The notes: generated by a model from the letters alone, not told the origin. Positions 38,801-52,730 are shown, counted from the first letter of the stretch. The stretch: 64,000 nucleotides of DNA from Heterodontus francisci (GCF_036365525.1 NC_090404.1:32106236-32170235); one strand, 5' to 3'. Numbers and translations: made by a program.

Positions 38801-40022
38801 TTTTTATGACATCCTCTGTGCATACGCCAAGCAATCCTGGATGTGGAACGCAGCGCACGCGCAGAGAGCAGGAGCCCGTTTGTGCATGTGCCCAGATTGG
38901 CGCAGTCATATGACATCAGCGGCCGGCTGCGTTGTCAAGAATCACTTTGTATTTGATTCGCACCCGTTCTATTACCCTGTGATTTCCCACACTGCCTGGT
39001 TGAAAGCTGCATTACCAGGATCTTCGAGCGTATTGTTAACAGTCGAAAACACCTCTAGCCATTTCAGGTACACACTGAAAGAATCTCAGTCGCAGCTGTA
39101 CTCCCTCAGTCACCCAATATCTCCCGTAGTCACAGCCATCTTGGAAGTTTAGTCCACCCACATGTACCACCCATTTCTTAGACAGAATTTAAGTCTATTT
39201 GTCTATTTTTTCAAACAGAAAGCACTCACAAATCCCTTGGTTGGTTAACTGGGAATGCTTCCAACCCATAATTCTTCAGCTAGGGAATCCACAATCACAT
39301 CCTCATCATCGCAAATGTTACATCTTTCCTGACAAACATCACTCGAGTATACAATATGGAGGGGGTTGGATTTAATCTGCTTTTTCTTATACACATTATA
39401 GTGAAATACATTTTCTTGACTTGTGTCCTTGCCTTTTTACCTCATGACGCCAAAAAGATTGGCAAGAAAATTTACTGACATTTCTATCAACAGAGTTGGA
39501 ACCAGATCTGCTGAATGACATTTTAAATGGTGCTAATCCTTCATTGCTGCTCACCTTATTAAAACATTTACTGTTGTCAAAGGCCTGTTAGTTCTGTCCT
39601 TGCATCTGCTGAACAACAATAACATCTTGTAGTTCCACTTACATCGGTAGAGGAGCAGAGGGAGCTGGAGGAAAAGCAGTGACAGAAGCAGAAGGAGATC
39701 CCAAAAGAAACTGGAAGAATTTGATGCGTGCCAGTTGTTTCTATTGATGAATGACAGACGTGCATTGCCTTGCTAATTTCACAGTATCTGCATTGATTAG
39801 GTTGGTGCACTTTGGAAATTGAAACTCCTACATTTGCTTGTGGTTCTATTTCACCACAATGTCCTTGGCATGTTCATGTCTACATTACTTTGTGCTATCA
39901 TTATCTGAAAAAGATTTCGATGTTCTAATTCAACATGCCATTTTGTATGATGAGCATGTCTGTGGCGAAAGTTGCCTGAAGTTTAGCTTGAATCAGCTTA
40001 TTAGCATAGACCATGAGCAGTT

Positions 40023-40094
40023 TCCCTGGTGATTTAGTGGTTAACAGCCAGCACTGCCAAGGTAGTGGACTGGATTCGATTCTCAGTCAGGGAC
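40023..40094 (+). pseudogene. tRNA-Glu-like pseudogene or tRNA-derived fragment
   Basis: tccctggtgatttagtggtta...gattcgattctcagtcaggga aligns with vertebrate tRNA-Glu acceptor, D and T arms; anticodon arm degraded. Confidence 0.65.
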
Positions 40095-40334
40095 ATTTAC
40101 CTTCTTACTGCTGTATGAACTGACCAAGCCAATGTAACATACATGCTGAATAACAACGAGAAATACTCACCACCTTTGGCAACATCTGTGAGGTGAAAAG
40201 CAGAGTTCCCTTTCCAGGTCAATGGTTAGGCTACACAAGTCAGAAATCACAGAATAAATACAGTGCAGAAGGAGGTCATTTGGCCCAACATGGCCACGCG
40301 ATGATGGATCATCAGATCAGCAGAAATTTTAAAG

Positions 40335-40752
40335 AAATTCCCACAGTTCCGAGATTTAAACGATCTCCCATCAGTGTGAACTTGGGGTTTCAGCAGGTTG
40401 GATTATTGTGTGAATCCCTTCCCATACTCAGAGCGGGTGAATAGCCTCCCCATGGTGTGACTGTGTGGACGAGTTTACAACTCAACTGGATAATTCAATC
40501 CCTTTCCACAGTCCCCATATGTATACGGTTTCTTCCCAGTGTGACTGTGCTTGTGCTTCGACAGGCCAGATCATCAGCTAGAGCGTCGTCTATATATAGA
40601 ACGCGTGTATAGTTTCTCCCCACTGTGATCGGTGCTTTTTCCTTTCATGTTCAGAATCAAGTGATTTTTCGGGTTGTGATAAACTGGGCAACTCCTTCTG
40701 ATCCTGATCTGATGTTTGCTTTGCATTTCACAGTTCCTCCCCTTCTAAAATC
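40335..40752 (-). pseudogene. C2H2 zinc-finger gene remnant
   Basis: Minus strand: [29 protein letters not shown] and further degraded finger/linker units; acceptor-like ttcacag|gattttagaagg; Cys losses and stops. Confidence 0.75.
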
Positions 40753-41179
40753 CTGTGAAATTGATTCAAAACAGAAAAAAGAGTGTGAGAGAACCTACAA
40801 TAACAAAAAGCCAGGTTGTGAAATGAAGCTGAATGAATCTGAAATTTGTGGGGCCGACTCTAAGATAAAGTGACCATGAAAGCTGCTGGATTAGCGTACA
40901 ACCACAACTGGCATACTAATGTCCTTCAAGGAAGAGAACCTGCCACTCAGTCTGGAACTGCACAAGGCTGTGCCCTCTATGAGAGGAGAGATAGATAGAG
41001 ACTCAGCGCGAGGTGAGAGGAGCAGGGAGAGGAGAGGTATTTTATATATCTGCAACTCAACATAAACCTTGACAGAACCTTACAAACCCTCAACTTTCAT
41101 AATTTAGAAGGACCAGGGTAGCAGGTTTATGTGAACACCTACACCTCCAAGTTCCCCTCCAAGTCAAACATCATCCTGA

Positions 41180-42050
41180 CTGTCTGACATCCAGCACTGG
41201 ATGAAGAGAAATTTCCTCCAATTTAATACTGAGAGGTCTGAAGTCATTGCTTTCAGTTCCTGCTGCAGACTCCTCTCCATAGCCACCAACGCAATTCGTC
41301 TTCCTGGAAACTGTCTGAGACTAAACTAACCCTTGGTGTCAGATTTGACCCGAGATGAGCTTTCAACTGTATTTCGTCGCCATTTCTCAGACAGCCTATT
41401 TCCACCTCAGTAACATCACCCAACTTGGTCACTGCCTCAGCTCATCTGCCTCTGAAACTTACATCCTGCATTTTGTATCTCTCAACTTGACTATTCTAAC
41501 ACACTCTCGACTGGCCTCCCACGTTCTACCCTCCGTAATCTTGATATCATCGAAAACACTTCTGCCTGTGTCCTTACTCGAACCAAGTCCTGTTCAGCCA
41601 TCACCACTCTGTTCACTGCCTTACACAGGCTCCCATTTAAGCAGCACCTCAATTTTTAATCTTCGCCGTTGTTTACAAATACCTCCATACCCTCGCCCCT
41701 CACTCTCTCTGCAATCTTATCCAGTCTTACAAGCTTCTGAGACATCAGGGCTCATCTAATTCTGGAATCTTGAATATCCCCAGTTTGCATTGCTCCACCA
41801 CAAGTGGCCGTGCTTTCAGCTGCGAAGACTTTAACCTTTGGAAATTCCTCCCTAATCCTCTCCGCCTCTCCACCTCGCTTTCCTCATTTCAGACACTTCT
41901 GAAAACCTACCTCTTTGATCAAGCTTTTGATCAACTGACTTACTATGTCCTTACATGGCTCAGTGTCAAATATTGCTTCAAAACACTCCTGTGAAAGGCC
42001 TTGGAAGATTTTCTTACAGTAAAGGCACTATATAAATACAAGTTGTTTTT
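41180..42050 (+). mobile_element. L2 LINE 3' fragment nested in the 3' end of the jockey/CR1-group LINE (41100-41180 + 42055-42230)
   Basis: DIQHWMKRNFLQFN, FQTLLKTYLF and the L2-type terminus aaaggcactatataaatacaagttg. Confidence 0.8.
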
Positions 42051-42564
42051 AAATTGGACAAATATCACCGTTCCTTCATCATCATAGCATTGTGGGATCC
42101 CGTCCACCACACGAACTGCAGTAGTTCAAGAAGAAGGCCAAGCATCACCTTCTCAATGGGCAACTGGGGATTGGCAATCTCTGCTGGTCTGGCTAGTGAC
42201 GCCCATATCCTAAGAATGTAATAAAAAAATCTGTGTATGTAAAATGGATTAAAAGCGTCTACAGAAATACTTGTTCTTGAAACAATATTCTTTTACATTG
42301 AGTGGTTGGTGTGCATTTAGCAACCTCTTCCCCCTTGACAATCGCACATTGGAAATTGCTGGACTGACTGGGCTCAAAAGTACTCAGTATTAAAGCCAAT
42401 AGCGTCTCCTCCATCTCCACTCCAGATCAAACTGATACAACAAAAAAACCAACACAGGAGATCAGGGACCGACTTCCACATCCAACACCCACCCCGATGC
42501 AAACTAGCTTTCAATTGGTCCGTCTGTGTTTCTCGACTCAGTTCTATGAGCAACGACTGCATTA

Positions 42565-42675
42565 AAATAAAACCAAAATACTGCGGATGCTGGAAATCGG
42601 AAACCAAAGGAGAAAATGCTGGAAATACTCAGCAGGTCAGGCAGCATCTGTGAGAAACAGAGTTAACGTTTCAGT
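42565..42675 (-). mobile_element. Penelope terminal repeat fragment
   Basis: gatgctggaaatc...ctggaaatactcagcaggtcaggcagcatctgtg..cagagttaacgtttcag. Confidence 0.65.
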
Positions 42676-42899
42676 CACATTGAGCTGCCAGAGCCTGCAG
42701 CCTGGAACTCGAAGTGGAAGATGGTGGAAGAACGGGGAGGGGCAATATAGTCCAACACTCACAGCAACCGATAATCCATCTACATTACTGGGCTAGGGAG
42801 ACAGAGTTTAGAAACACTGACCAACACGAGTCCAGCGAAACATCCCAGGAGGAAAAGCGGGAGCAATGTGTGTTCCTGCCCTGATATCCCCAGATTCAA

Positions 42900-43570
42900 C
42901 TCACAAGCGCCTGCCAGCCACCATCACTTGCACTGCACATGCTTAAAACACTGCGCGGCAATTCGCCTGCGCGAAAGGCTCTGGATCGCACTGCGCCTGC
43001 GTACTGGCCTCCTGTGGTGTGTCTGGACAGCATTTATTTTTGGCGCCCAGATAATGTTGGTTTGAAACCCCGCCATTGAACCTCCCAATATGAGCGCCGA
43101 AGGGAGCAGCAAGCCAAAGAGCGGTGAATAGTCGGAAATGGCGAGCAGCCGGTAGCCGAAGGGAGTGGGAAAGATAAGCCTTGATTGGGCGGGGAACTGA
43201 ATGCGGCGATTAAAGCGTCGATGGCGGGAGTGAGCAAGGACCTGAATGCGACCATTGAGGCGGTTAATGCTTGGTGTCAAATTGAGCAGCGCCATCTTTA
43301 TTCCTGGAAACTGCTTGAGACGTTTCAGACAGTGACGTTTCAGTCGATAAGGCTACAGTTGCGCATGTGTTAGTGGTGCACCATCTGGTGGTTACGTTTA
43401 CAGCAAACGCGTCCTTAATATATCTTCACTGATTTGTACCATTTTATTTTTGAGTCTGAAGCATGAGTCCATTCTCAGACATGTAAATGGCAGCATATAT
43501 TGCCCAGAAGGCTCTGCGCATAGAAATGCGCCCCATCTCCATGCCAAGGGACGCAACGCACATACGCAGA
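42900..43570. promoter_or_regulatory. CpG-rich promoter-like segment with NRF1-like GCGC(A/C)TGCG motifs, possibly the promoter of the decayed ZNF gene
   Basis: actgcgcctgcgt, ttgcgcatgtg and ctgcgcatag; CpG-dense relative to flanks. Confidence 0.35.
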
Positions 43571-43619
43571 AAGCCCACCCACCCCCCCCCCGCACACCCA
43601 CACACCACACCATCCCCAG

Positions 43620-44160
43620 CCCGTTCCAGATCATTAGCACTTGCTGCGTTAAAAAAAACTGCTTCCTCAGATCCCTCCTGTATTTCTTGCCCCAAACCTT
43701 AATCTGTGTCCCCTAGTCCTTGCATCATAAGACAATGCGAACAGGTTTTCTTGTCTACTTTATCTGAAACTGTCATAATTTTGAACAGCGCTATCAGATC
43801 TCCCCTCAATCACTTTTGCCCCAAGGAGAACAACACCAGCTTCTCCATGCTCTCAAAGCACCTTCATATCCTCCCGGACGTGTCACCATCAGAACTGGAC
43901 ACAATGCTCCAGTTGTGACCTACCACAGCTTTATAAATGTTCAGCACAACCTTGCGGCTTTTGCATTCAACACTTCTATTTATAGAGACCAAGATACCAA
44001 ATACTTTGCTAAGTATTCTCTCAATACTGCCTGCCATCTTCTGTGATCTATGCACATGAACGTCCAGCTCTAGCTCTCCCTGCACTCGTTTCATGACTGT
44101 ACCATTAAGTTCATATTCCCTCTCCCTATCCCTTCTGCCAGAATGCATCACTTCACTATG
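43620..44160 (-). mobile_element. Degraded CR1 3'/RT fragment
   Basis: EVMHSGR..YELNG..ELDVHVHRS. Confidence 0.65.
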
Positions 44161-44309
44161 AGGGTTGTATTCCTGCAATTTAAAACATGTTGCGGTGATT
44201 TGATCAAAGTTTTGGAACTGATAGGGTAGATAGAGAGAGACAGTCTTCGCTGATTGGTAAATGCAGTACACGGGAGCATAGTTTAAACGTAGAGCCCAAC
44301 CTTTCAATT

Positions 44310-44560
44310 ATCCACCTCTGGGCCCTGTAAACCATATCATGCATCCACCCTGGGCCCTGGAAACGCAAGCACCGCTCCACCCTGGGCCCTGTAAAAGCGA
44401 GCGGAGATCAACTCCGGGCCCTGTAAACCCAAGCATTAATCCACCCCTCTGCCCTGTAAACCGGAACATTAATCCACCCTTGTGCCCTGTAAATCTGTGC
44501 ATTAATCCACCCTGTGCCCTTTGATTCCAAGCATTAATCCATCCCTGGGCCTGGTGGCCT
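44310..44560. repeat. ~32-33 bp tandem repeat
   Basis: tccaccc(t)gggccctgtaaacc..gcattaa repeated about 8 times (44311, 44344, 44376...). Confidence 0.85.
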
Positions 44561-44584
44561 AAACATTAAACCTCTGCTGTACAT

Positions 44585-45340
44585 ACACAGAATTACAGCC
44601 CAGAAGCAGGCCATTCGTCCCCACTAGTCTATGCTGGACTTTATAATCCACATGAACCTCCTTCCACTCTAATTACCACATTCCACCCTGCCCCCATATC
44701 CCTCTATTCCCTTATCCTTCATAAATATATTGAGCCTGTCGTTAAACACATCATTGCTATCTGCTTCAAACACTCCACGTGGCAGCGAGTTCCACATTCT
44801 CATCCTCCTATGCTCTCTATTAGACCTGTTAATGTCTGTCTTATATTGTTGCCCCCTTGTTCTGACTCACGGATTATTTTGAAGACTTCTATCAGATCTC
44901 CTCCTAGTCTCTTTTTTTCAGCGAAAGGAGCCTCAGCCTGCTTAATCTTGCTGGATAGTAACATCCTCTCTGGTGACATCTTTGTAAATCTATTCTGCAC
45001 TTTCTTCAGTGCTTCAATATCCTTTTTTAATTTGGAGACCAGAACTGCTCACAGTCCTTCTAAGTGAGGTTCTCTATAAATTTAACATTCCCTCCCTGCT
45101 GTTACATTGTATTCCTCTAGAAAAGAGCATCAGCTCTTTCATTGCTCTTTTACCGACATGTGTTGCTCCTTTTATTGATTTATGTGGCCCTGTTCCCAGA
45201 TCTCCTTGCTCCTCTGCTCCATTTAATTTCTTCCAACCAATAACTAGCCTCCTTCTTCCTCCTTCCAAAATGAACCAGCTCACATTTCACTCTGTTGAGT
45301 TTCACTTCCCATTTATCTGTCCAGTCTGCCAGCCTGTTTA
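44585..45340 (-). mobile_element. Degraded CR1 3' fragment
   Basis: QNRFTKM..KRLGGDLIEVFKII. Confidence 0.75.
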
Positions 45341-45342
45341 TG

Positions 45343-48300
45343 TTTTTTTTATCCATTCATGGGATGTGGGCGTCGCTGGCCAGGCCAGCATTTATTGCCC
45401 ATTCCTAATTGCCCTTGAGAAGATGGTGGTGAGCTGCCTTCTTGAACCGCTGCAGACCATGTGGGGTAGGTACACCCACAATGCTGTTCGGGAAGGGAGT
45501 TCCAGGATTTTGACCCAGCGAAAGTGAAGGAACGATGATAACGTTCCAAGTCAGGATGGTGTGTGACTTGGAGGGTAACTTGCAGGTGGTTGTGTTCCCA
45601 TGTATTTGCTGCCCATGTCCTTCTAGTTGGTAGAGGTCGCGGGTTTGGAAAATGCTGTTTAAGGAGCCTCGGGGCGTTGCAGCAATACATCTTGTAGATG
45701 GTACACACTGCTGCCACAGTGCGTCGGTGGTGGAGGGAGTGAATGTTTGTAGATGGGGTGCCAATCAAGCGGGCTGCTCTGGCCTGGATGGTGTCGAACT
45801 TCATGAGTCTTGTTGGAGCTGCACCCATCCAGGCAAGTGGACAGTATTCCAACACACTCCTGACTTGTGCCTTCTAGATGGTGTATGGCATTGGGCAGTC
45901 AGGAGGTGAGTTACTCGCCACAGGATTCCTAGCCTCTGACCTGCTCTTGTAGCTACTGTATTTATATGGCTACTCCCGTTCAGCTCCTGGTCAATGGTAG
46001 CCCCTAGGATGTTGATAGTGGGGGATTCAGCGATGGTAATGCCATTGAAATTCAAGGAGAGATGGTTAGATTCTCTCTTGTTGGAGATGGCCATTACCTG
46101 CCAATTGTGTGGCCCGAATGTTACTTGCCACTTCTCAGCCCAAGCCTGGATATTGTCCAAGTCTTGTTGCATTTCTACACGGACCACTTCTGTATCTGAG
46201 GAGTCAAGAATGGTGCTGAAGATTGTGCAATAATCAGCGAACATCCCCACTTCTGACCTTATGATTGAAGGAAGGTTATTGATGAAGCAGCTGAAAATGG
46301 CAGAGCCTAGGACACTACCATGAGGTACTGCTGCGGTGATGTCCTGGAACTCAGATAATTAACCTCCAACAACCACAACCATCTTCCTTTGTGTTAGGCA
46401 TGACTCCAACCAGTGGAGAGTTTTCCCCCTGATTCCCATTGACCTCAGTTTTGCTAGGGCTCCTTGATGCCATACTCGGTCAAATGCTGCCTTGATGTCA
46501 AGGGCAGTCACTCTCACCTCACCTCTTGAGTTCAGCTCTTTTGTCCATGTTTCAAACAAGGCTGCAATGAGGTCAGGAGCTGAGTGGTCCTGGCGGAACC
46601 CAAAATGAGCGCCACTGAGCATGTTAATGCTAAGCAAGTGCTGCTTAATGGCACCGTTGACGACACCTTCCATCACTTTACTGATGATTGAGAGTGGGCT
46701 GATGGGGAGGTAATTGACTGGGTTTGACTTGCTTTGCTTTTTGTGTGCAGGGCACACCTGGGCAATTTTCCACGTTGCTCGATAGATGTCAGTGTTGTAG
46801 CTGTTATGGAACAGCTTGGCTAGGGGCGAGGCCCGTTCTAGAGCATAGGTCTTCAGTACTATTGCCGGAATATTGTCAGGGCCCAGGCCTTTGCAGTATC
46901 CAGTGCCTTCAGTCGTTTCTCTGATATCATGTGGCTTGAATAAAATTGGCTGAAGTCTGGCATCTATGATGCTGGGGACTTCAGGAGGAGGCCGAGATAG
47001 ATCATCAACTCGGCACTTCTGGCTGAAGATTGTTGCAAATGCTTCAGCCTTATCTTTCGCACTCATGTGCTGGACTCCCCCATCAATGCGGATGGGAATA
47101 TTTAGGAGCCACCTCCTCCAGTACGTTGTTTAATTGTCCACCACCGTTCACGACTGGATGTGGCAGGACTGCAGAGCTTAGATCTGATCCGTTGGTCATG
47201 GGATCACTTAGCTCTGTCTATTGCGTGCTGTTTACGCACCTTGGCACGCAGATAGCCCTGTGTTGTAGCTTCACCAGGTTGACATCTCATTTTGAGGTAT
47301 GCCGGTGCTGCTCCTGGAATGCCACCCTGCACTCTTCATTGAACCAGGGTTGGTCTTCTGGCTTGATACTAATGGCAGAGTGGGGGATATGCTGGGCCAT
47401 GAGGTTACAGATTGTGTTTGAATACAATTCTGCTGCTGCTGATGGCCCACAGTGCCTCATGTATGCCCAGTTTTACATTGCTAGATCTGTTCGAAATCTA
47501 TCCCATTTAGCACGGTGGTAGTGCCACACAACACGAAGGACTGTATCCTCAATATGAAGGCGGGACTTCGTCTCCACAAGGACTGTGTAGTGGTCACTCC
47601 TACCATTACTGTCATGGACAGATGCATCTGCGGCAGGTAGATTGGTGAGGACGAGGTCAAGTATGTTTTCCCCTCTTGTTGGTTCCCTCACCACCTGCTG
47701 CCTACCCAGTCTAGCAGATATGTCCTTTAGGACTCAGCCAGCTCGGTCAGTAGTGGTGTTACCAAGCCACTCTTGGTGATGGACATTGAAGTCCCTCATG
47801 CAGAATACATTCTGTGCCCTTGCCAACCTCAGTGCTTCTTCCAAGTGCTGTTCAACGTGGAGGAGAACTGACTCATCAGCCGAGGAAGGGTGGTAGGTGG
47901 TAATCAGCAGGAGGTTTCCTTGTCCATATTTGACCTGATGCCATGTGCCCTCATGGGGTCCAGAGTCATTGTTGAGGACTCCCAGGGCAACTCCCTCCGT
48001 ACTGTATACCACTGTGCCACCACCTCTGCTGGGTCTGTCCCACCAGTGGGACAGAACATCCGCGGGGTTGGTGACGGCTGAGTTTGGGACATTGTCTGTC
48101 AGGTATGATTCCGTGAGTATGACTATGTCAGGCTGTTGCTTTACTAGTCTGTGGGACAGCTCTCCCAACTTTAGTACATGCGCCCTGATGTTAGTAAGGA
48201 GGACTTTGCAGGGTTGAAAGGGCTGGGTTTGCCGTTGTTGTTTCCGCTGCCTAGGTCGATGCAGGGTGGTCCGTCCGGTTTCATTACTTTTTATTGACTT

Positions 48301-48638
48301 CGTAGTGGTTAGATACAACTGAGTGGCTTGCGAGGCCATTTCAGAGGGCATGTAAGAGTCAATCACATTGCTGTGGGCTTGGAGTCACATGTAGGCAAGA
48401 CCAGGTAAGGACAGCAGATATCCTTCCCGAAAGAGCATTAGTGAACAAGATGGGTTTTTACAACAATCGACAATGGTTTCATGGCCATCATTCGACTAGC
48501 TTTTTAATTCCAGATTTATCAATTGAATTCAAAAACAACCTTTTGTTGTGGAGGGATTTGAACCCATGTTCCCAAAATAATACCCTGCAATTTTAGGTTG
48601 CTAGCCCAGTGACGATACCACTACGCCACCGCCTCCCC
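45343..48638 (-). mobile_element. Full-length ~3.3 kb non-LTR retrotransposon (APE + RT, jockey/CR1 group) with tRNA-like 5' head and poly(A) end
   Basis: PDIVILTESYL, DFNVHH, LDLVLTN..SDH (APE); NYLPISPLSIISKVME, DIKAAFDRVWH, FADYC (RT); A box 48618-48628 and B box 48554-48564. Confidence 0.9.
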
Positions 48639-48644
48639 GGTACT

Positions 48645-50925
48645 CCATGTTTCCACATATGCATGATAACCTTCCACCCCCAATCTACCTATCTGTGTCT
48701 TAAAAATATTCAAAGACTCTGCTTCTACCGCCTTTTGAGGAGGAGAATTCCAAAGACTCACGACCCTCTGAGAGAAAGAATATCTCCTCATCTCTGCCTT
48801 ACATGCGTGACACCTTGTTTTTAAATAGTGTCCCCTAGTTCTATATTCTCTCACAAGGGAAAACATCCTTACCACATCAACCCTGTCAAGACCCCTCAAG
48901 ATCTTATCTGTTTCAATCAAGTCGCCTCTTACTCTTCTAAATTCCAGCGGATACAAGCCCAGCTTGTCCAATCCTTCCTCGTAAGATAGCCCGCCCATTC
49001 CAACTATTGGTCTAGTAAACCTTCTCTGTACTGCCTGCGACGCCTTTACATCCTTCTTTAACTACGGATAGAAGTACTGTACACAGTACTTCAGATGTGG
49101 TCTCACCAATGCCCTATATAGCTGAAGCATAACTTCTCGACTTTTCTGTTCAAATCCCTTCACGATAACCGATAACATTCTATGAGCTTTCCTAATTACG
49201 TGCTGTACCTGCATACCAGCCTTCTGCGATTCATGCACTCGGATATCCAGTTCCCTCTGCATCTCAGAGTTCTGCAATCTTTCACCGTTAGATAATATGC
49301 CTTTTTATCATTCTTCCTGCCAAAGTGGACAGTTTCCCACTTTCCCACATTATACTCCATTTGCCAGGTCTTTGCCCACTCACATAACCTATCTATATCC
49401 CTTTACTGCCCTCCTTTATCCTCTTCACAAGTTACTTTCTTATCTACCTTTGTGTCATAAGCAAATTTAGCAACCATTCCTTCACCCCCTTCATCTAAGT
49501 CATTTATATAAATTGTAAAAAATTGAGGCCCAAGTACACCACTAGTTACATATTTCCAAGCACAAAATGTCACATTTATTCCTACTCTCTGTTACCTGTC
49601 AGCAAGCCAATCTTCCATCCATGCCGATATGTTACCCACTACACCATGAGCTTTTATTTTCTGCAATAACCTTTGATATGTCACTTTATCAAATGCCTTC
49701 TTGAAATCGAAGTGCAATACACCCACCAGTTCCCCTTTATCCCCAGCACATGTAAATCCCTCAAAGAGCTCCAAAAGATTGGTTAACATGATTTCTCTTT
49801 CACAAAACCATGTTGACTCTGCCTGATTACCTTGATGTTTTTCTAAATTCCCTGCTATAACGTCTTTAATAATAACTTCTAACAGATTCCCAAGACAGGT
49901 GTTAAGCTAACTGGCCTGTAGTTTCCGGCTTTCTGTCTCCCTCCCTTTTTGAGTAAAGGAGTTAGATTCATTATTTTCCAATCTAATGGAACCTTCCCCG
50001 AATCCAGGGAATTTTGGAAAATTAAAACTGAAGCATCAACTATTATACTAGCTGTTATTTTAGCACCGCAGTATGAAGTCCAGCAGGGCCCGGGCACTTG
50101 GCAGCCCGCAGCTCCAACAATTTGTTCAGTACCACATCCCTGGTGATTGTAATTTTCTTGAGTTCCTCCCTCGTTTCCCTTTCATTTCCTGACGTACAGT
50201 TAATACTGGGATGTTACTTGTATCCTCAATAGTGAAGACTGATGCAAAATATTTGTTCAATGCATCTGCCATCTCCTTATTTTCAATTATTAATTCCCCA
50301 GACTCACTTTCTATAGGACCAACGCTCACTCACTTTGTTCATTGTTTTCTTTTTGAAAGATCTATAGAAATTCTTGCTATCTGTCTTTATATTTTTAGCT
50401 AGCTTTCTCTCGTACTCTGATTTTACCTTCCTTATTAATCTTTTAGTCATTCGTTGCGTTTTTTTATATTCTGTCCAATACTCTAACCTGCCTCCCATCC
50501 TTGCGCAATTATAGGCTTATTTCTTTAAGTTTGATACTATCTTTAACTGTTTTAGTTAACCACGGATGGTGGATCCAACCCTTGTATTTTTTCTTTCTCG
50601 TTGAAATGTATCTATTCTGTGTATTCTGAAATATCCTCTTAAATATCTGCCACTACATCTCTATTGACCTATCCCTTAACCGAATTTGCCAATTCACTTT
50701 AGCTAGCTCTGTTTTCATACCCTCATAATTGCCCTTATTTAAGTTTAAAATACTAATCTTGGACCCACTCTTCTCTCCCTCAAACTGAATGTAAAATTCA
50801 ATCACATTATGATCGCTTCTACCGAGGGGCGCCTTAACTATGAGGTCATTAATTAATCCTATCACGTTGCAAAATAGCAGGTCTAGTATAGCCTGCTCTC
50901 TGGTTGGCTCCAGAACGTATTGTTT
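48645..50925 (-). mobile_element. CR1 LINE, disrupted
   Basis: EPTREQAILDL..SDHN, GNYRPVSLT, DFKKAFDKV, LVRPHLKYCVQ. Confidence 0.9.
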
Positions 50926-51798
50926 TGTAGTATAGATTGTCAAATAAGTTACAAAAGGAAATGTATTTTCCTGTTTCCTCACAATGTATCATTTCAAATC
51001 ATTAAGCAAATCCCTGAATTTACCCAATTGATTGTAATTCTATTGGTTTGGTTGTGTGAACTGTTAAACCAACATTCAAATGCTAGATTTGCACAGTTTT
51101 GTTGAAAAGGTACATCTTTTTCGGTTTATGGTTTACAGGAACTGCTGGAAGGCAAAATGACTGGAGAGCATTGTCGATAGTGACGGTTTGGGTGTTGTTG
51201 CGTGTATCCATTTAAAAGGGGACATTTTTGCTCGTATAATTTTATTCTGTTTAATGACATAGGGGTGTTGTCCTATTTGGCTAATGAAAAGAGGAGAAGG
51301 CGAACGAAATTGTGTTTTGTACTTTTCCTCCAGCATTTGCTTTGTTCCTACGTTTATTGGCACAAGAGTGCAGCTGTGGGGAGGTGCCTATGGTTTGGAG
51401 AACAATACATGAGGTATTACACATTTCCATTTCTGTGCTTTCCCCACTTTTAAGGCCCAAATAATTCCCAGCAGGGGTATTGACGTCCCTTCGGTGAACA
51501 ATTAAAATTGATATCTAGTACCAGATCAGAGGTCGTACACTCTCTCTCATTTGAGTCCAATGATACTCCCGGACCCAAGGGTCTGATCAGAATAACAAGC
51601 TTAAGTTAGCACGGGGAAGAGAACTGGAAACTAAATAAGAGCATGTTACAACATTGAATTGTGCTGGGATGCAGCGTTGCCTCTGCATTCTTAATTTCAC
51701 ATCATGGATAAGGATCTCAAACAATGACTATTTTTCTGGGAAGGGAGGCCGTGTCTGACATTGAGAAGAACATAAATGCATGGAATATTTTGTGTGAT

Positions 51799-52730
51799 TT
51801 ATGTTGGATTGCATTTTTTCCATTTTGAAAACAATGTAACAATTAGACGCAATGGATATGTCACCCCATTCTTTAACTCTTCTCTGAATTTTCTCTGGGT
51901 CCCTGCATAAATAAAAGGATTGACACAGGAACTCAACAGTTGAAGCATAAATCCCACTTCCTGCAGAATAAAATTTGATTGATTGAAATTGGAACCAGAA
52001 AAATAATTAAGTTTCGCAATTCGGACATAAAGGAAATTTATAAGAAATGGCAAATATAAAAGAATGAAACTGCCCGAGATGCAGAAAAGTAAAATGATGG
52101 ATTTTCTCCGGCTTTCCATCTCTGGATCACTCTGATTCTCTCCATTACTGTGGGCACGGAGTCTTCTGCGAGCTCTACTGGCCACAAGAATGTGTCTGAC
52201 GGTCAGAGCATTGAACAGTAAAATCAGAATGAATGGGAGACAAGCGGTAGAAATGGAACGAATCCAGTCATATGCGGTCCATACAGGTGACGTATAAAAT
52301 ATTAATTTTACATCGCAGAACCAGGGTATATCGTTAATTATATACAAAGGTTCATATATAAAATACCGAAAAGTATTTTTTAAACAGTTCACTGTGGCTA
52401 CGATTACTATCACCCAAGTTGCCGTTTTCTCAGTGCAGTACTTTACTTTCAGCTTCTGGCAACAAATGGCCATAAATCGATCAAAGGTGAAAGCAATTGT
52501 TACCCAGACAGAACAGTCTATGATCGCAAAGCTTAGGGCAGAACGGAGACTGCACACTGGTGTGATGGACAGGAAACTGTTTGGGAAATAAATAGCAGCA
52601 ATCCTGTTTAATATCACAACGGTGATGATGACCAGGAGATCTGTCACTGCCATGGACATCAGGTAGGAAGTGATACATCTTGAGAGACCGCATCGTCCTC
52701 GGGACAGGATCACAACCACAGCCAGGTTAG
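51799..52730 (-). CDS. GPR139-like class A GPCR gene C, exon 2 (spliced product 333 aa)
   Basis: Acceptor aatacag|CT; ANL, MAVTDLL, FTFDRFMAICC, CVNPFIY; clearly paralogous to gene B. Confidence 0.93.

Noticed and set aside
38940-39480. Possible decayed coding exon
   Set aside because: No recognisable motif and no convincing splice or frame support
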